DNA of 64,000 nt from Harriotta raleighana (Eukaryota). How positions within the stretch are numbered: position 1 is the stretch's first letter; each line of letters opens with the position of its first letter. The notes under the pieces are model-generated. The model was not told the origin of the DNA, made no database searches, and saw only the letters and a list, made by a program, of their open reading frames with translations. Where the stretch lies: NCBI GenBank assembly GCA_050575255.1, contig JBNZDD010013727.1:9579081-9643080 (forward strand). Reading direction: 5' to 3'. Shown here in pieces: positions 62,563-64,000 of this stretch. The position numbers and the translations under genes are program-made.

Positions 62563-64000
62563 AACATACGAACATAAGAATTAGGAGGAGGAGGACATTC
62601 GGCCCCTCGAGCCTGCTCCCCCATTCAATACGATCATGGCTGATCTTCGAATCTAATTCCACCTACCCGCCTTATCCCCATATCCTTAATCTCTTTATCC
62701 ACAAGAAATCTATCAATCTCAGTCTTGAATATGTTCAAGGACGGAGCATCTACAGCCCTTTGGAGTAGAGAATTCCATAAATTCACTACCTTTTGAGTGA
62801 AGAAATTTTTCCTCAACTCAGTGCGAAAGGGCTGACTGCTAATTTTAAGACCATGACCCATGGTTATAGTTTCTTCAACCAGGGGAAACATTCGCCAACC
62901 AGGGGAAACAGTCTCCCACTATCTACTCTGCCATGCCCCTTAATAATCTTTTCGGTTTCTATAAGATCACCTATAATTCTTCTATATTCAAGAGCAACGG
63001 TTCTCAACCAGGGGTACAAAATTACTTCCGGGGGGGATGGACAGGTGGAGGTACATTGATTTATTTAGCTCTCTTATTTAGCTTTTTAAACCTTCCAAAT
63101 TGTATATTTAATTGTTATTCCCCTCATTTTGTATGTGCTAGTTATTTTGTTATATAAGAAAACCTTAGTCATAAAATGCAAGGGGAATGAGGGGGGTGCT
63201 GTGTGTGTGTATGTGGATGGGTGGGGGTACATGATAATGTTAAAAATTAACATTTTCATTACTGAAAAAGGTTGAGAACCACTGTTCTAGAGAATATAAG
63301 ACTAGATTGCTCAACATATCCTCATAGCTCATCCCCCTCATCCCACTGAATCTATGTTGTACCCCCTCCCAGGCGAGTATGTCCTTTTTTTAAATAAGGA
63401 GACCAAAACTGTACACAATAATCTAGGTGCGGTCTCATCAGGGTCGTACACGGTTGCAGCAAGATTTCCCTACTCTACTCTTATATTCTAATCCTTTTGT
63501 AACACCAACATACCGTTAGCCTTCCTAGTTGCTTGCTGTACCTGCAAACTAACTTTTTGTGACTAATATACAAGGACACCCACCCTCTGAACGCTAACAC
63601 TATCTAGTCTTTCCCCTTCTAAAAAATAATCTGCTCTACTGTTTTTACTACCTAGGTGGATGACTTCATAATTCCCTATATTATACAGTACTTCATCTGC
63701 CACCTACTTGCCCACTCACCTAGCCTATCTATATCGCGTTGCATTTTTTTTAATGTCAGCCTCAGTGTTTACTCTCCCTCCTCGTTTGGTGTCATCCGTG
63801 AATTTGATGTTTTAAGTTCGTCTAGATCGTTGATATAAATTGTAAATAGTTGAGGCCTGAGCACTGATCCTTGTGGCACTCCAACTAGTCACATCCTGCC
63901 AATCTGAGAAGGACTTCTTTATCCCTACTCTCTGTTTTCTTCCCGTTAGCCATTCTTCAATCCACGCGAATATATTCCCCTTAATTCCATGCGCCCTTAT
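62563..64000 (-). mobile_element. CR1 LINE 3' portion (degenerate ORF2), continues past the window edge
   Basis: MFPLVEETITMGHGLKI...RKNFFTQKVVNLWNSL...FKTEIDRFL, with the 3' end AACATAAGAATTAGGAG..CATTCGGCCCCTCGAGCCTGCTCC on the plus strand. Confidence 0.92.
62995..63284. mobile_element. hAT (Charlie-type) MITE inserted in the CR1
   Basis: TIRs CAACGGTTCTCAACC and GGTTGAGAACCACTG. The 8-bp TSD TTCAAGAG / TTCTAGAG (7/8) fits the NTCTAGAN Charlie target. Confidence 0.88.

Noticed and set aside
1-64000. CRISPR arrays, operons or other prokaryotic/viral systems
   Set aside because: The sequence is spliced vertebrate DNA. There is no regular repeat-spacer array, no long intact ORF, and no intact transposase, reverse transcriptase or viral gene.

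Overview
Repeat-rich vertebrate genomic DNA from a draft assembly. It is probably a cartilaginous fish, inferred only from the SINE/L2/CR1/Penelope repeat types. Two protein-coding genes lie on the minus strand. TBC1D4/AS160 is represented by its first coding exon (31244-31675, PTB domain preceded by a poly-Q tract), with more than 31 kb of intron 1 running off the left edge. COMMD6 is represented by six phase-consistent coding exons (55848-60351); its start exon was not found. The pair has the same order and orientation as in human 13q22. This COMMD6 keeps an N-terminal region of about 123 aa that the short human protein lacks. The rest is tRNA-headed Deu-domain SINEs, L2 and CR1 LINE fragments, TA-target and hAT MITEs, microsatellites, two N gaps and many single-N-joined duplicates that look like assembly or haplotype artefacts. 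I see no convincing new multi-gene system. The most unusual signals are: a 65-bp inverted copy of a COMMD6 exon/intron junction fused to a SINE head 50 kb away; an inverted SINE pair sharing a unique 3' flank; a near-intact minimal hammerhead ribozyme motif in TBC1D4 intron 1; a frame-preserving mixed triplet repeat upstream of TBC1D4; and many hairpin-only L2 tail insertions. All coordinates and identities were read by eye, and repeat boundaries are approximate.
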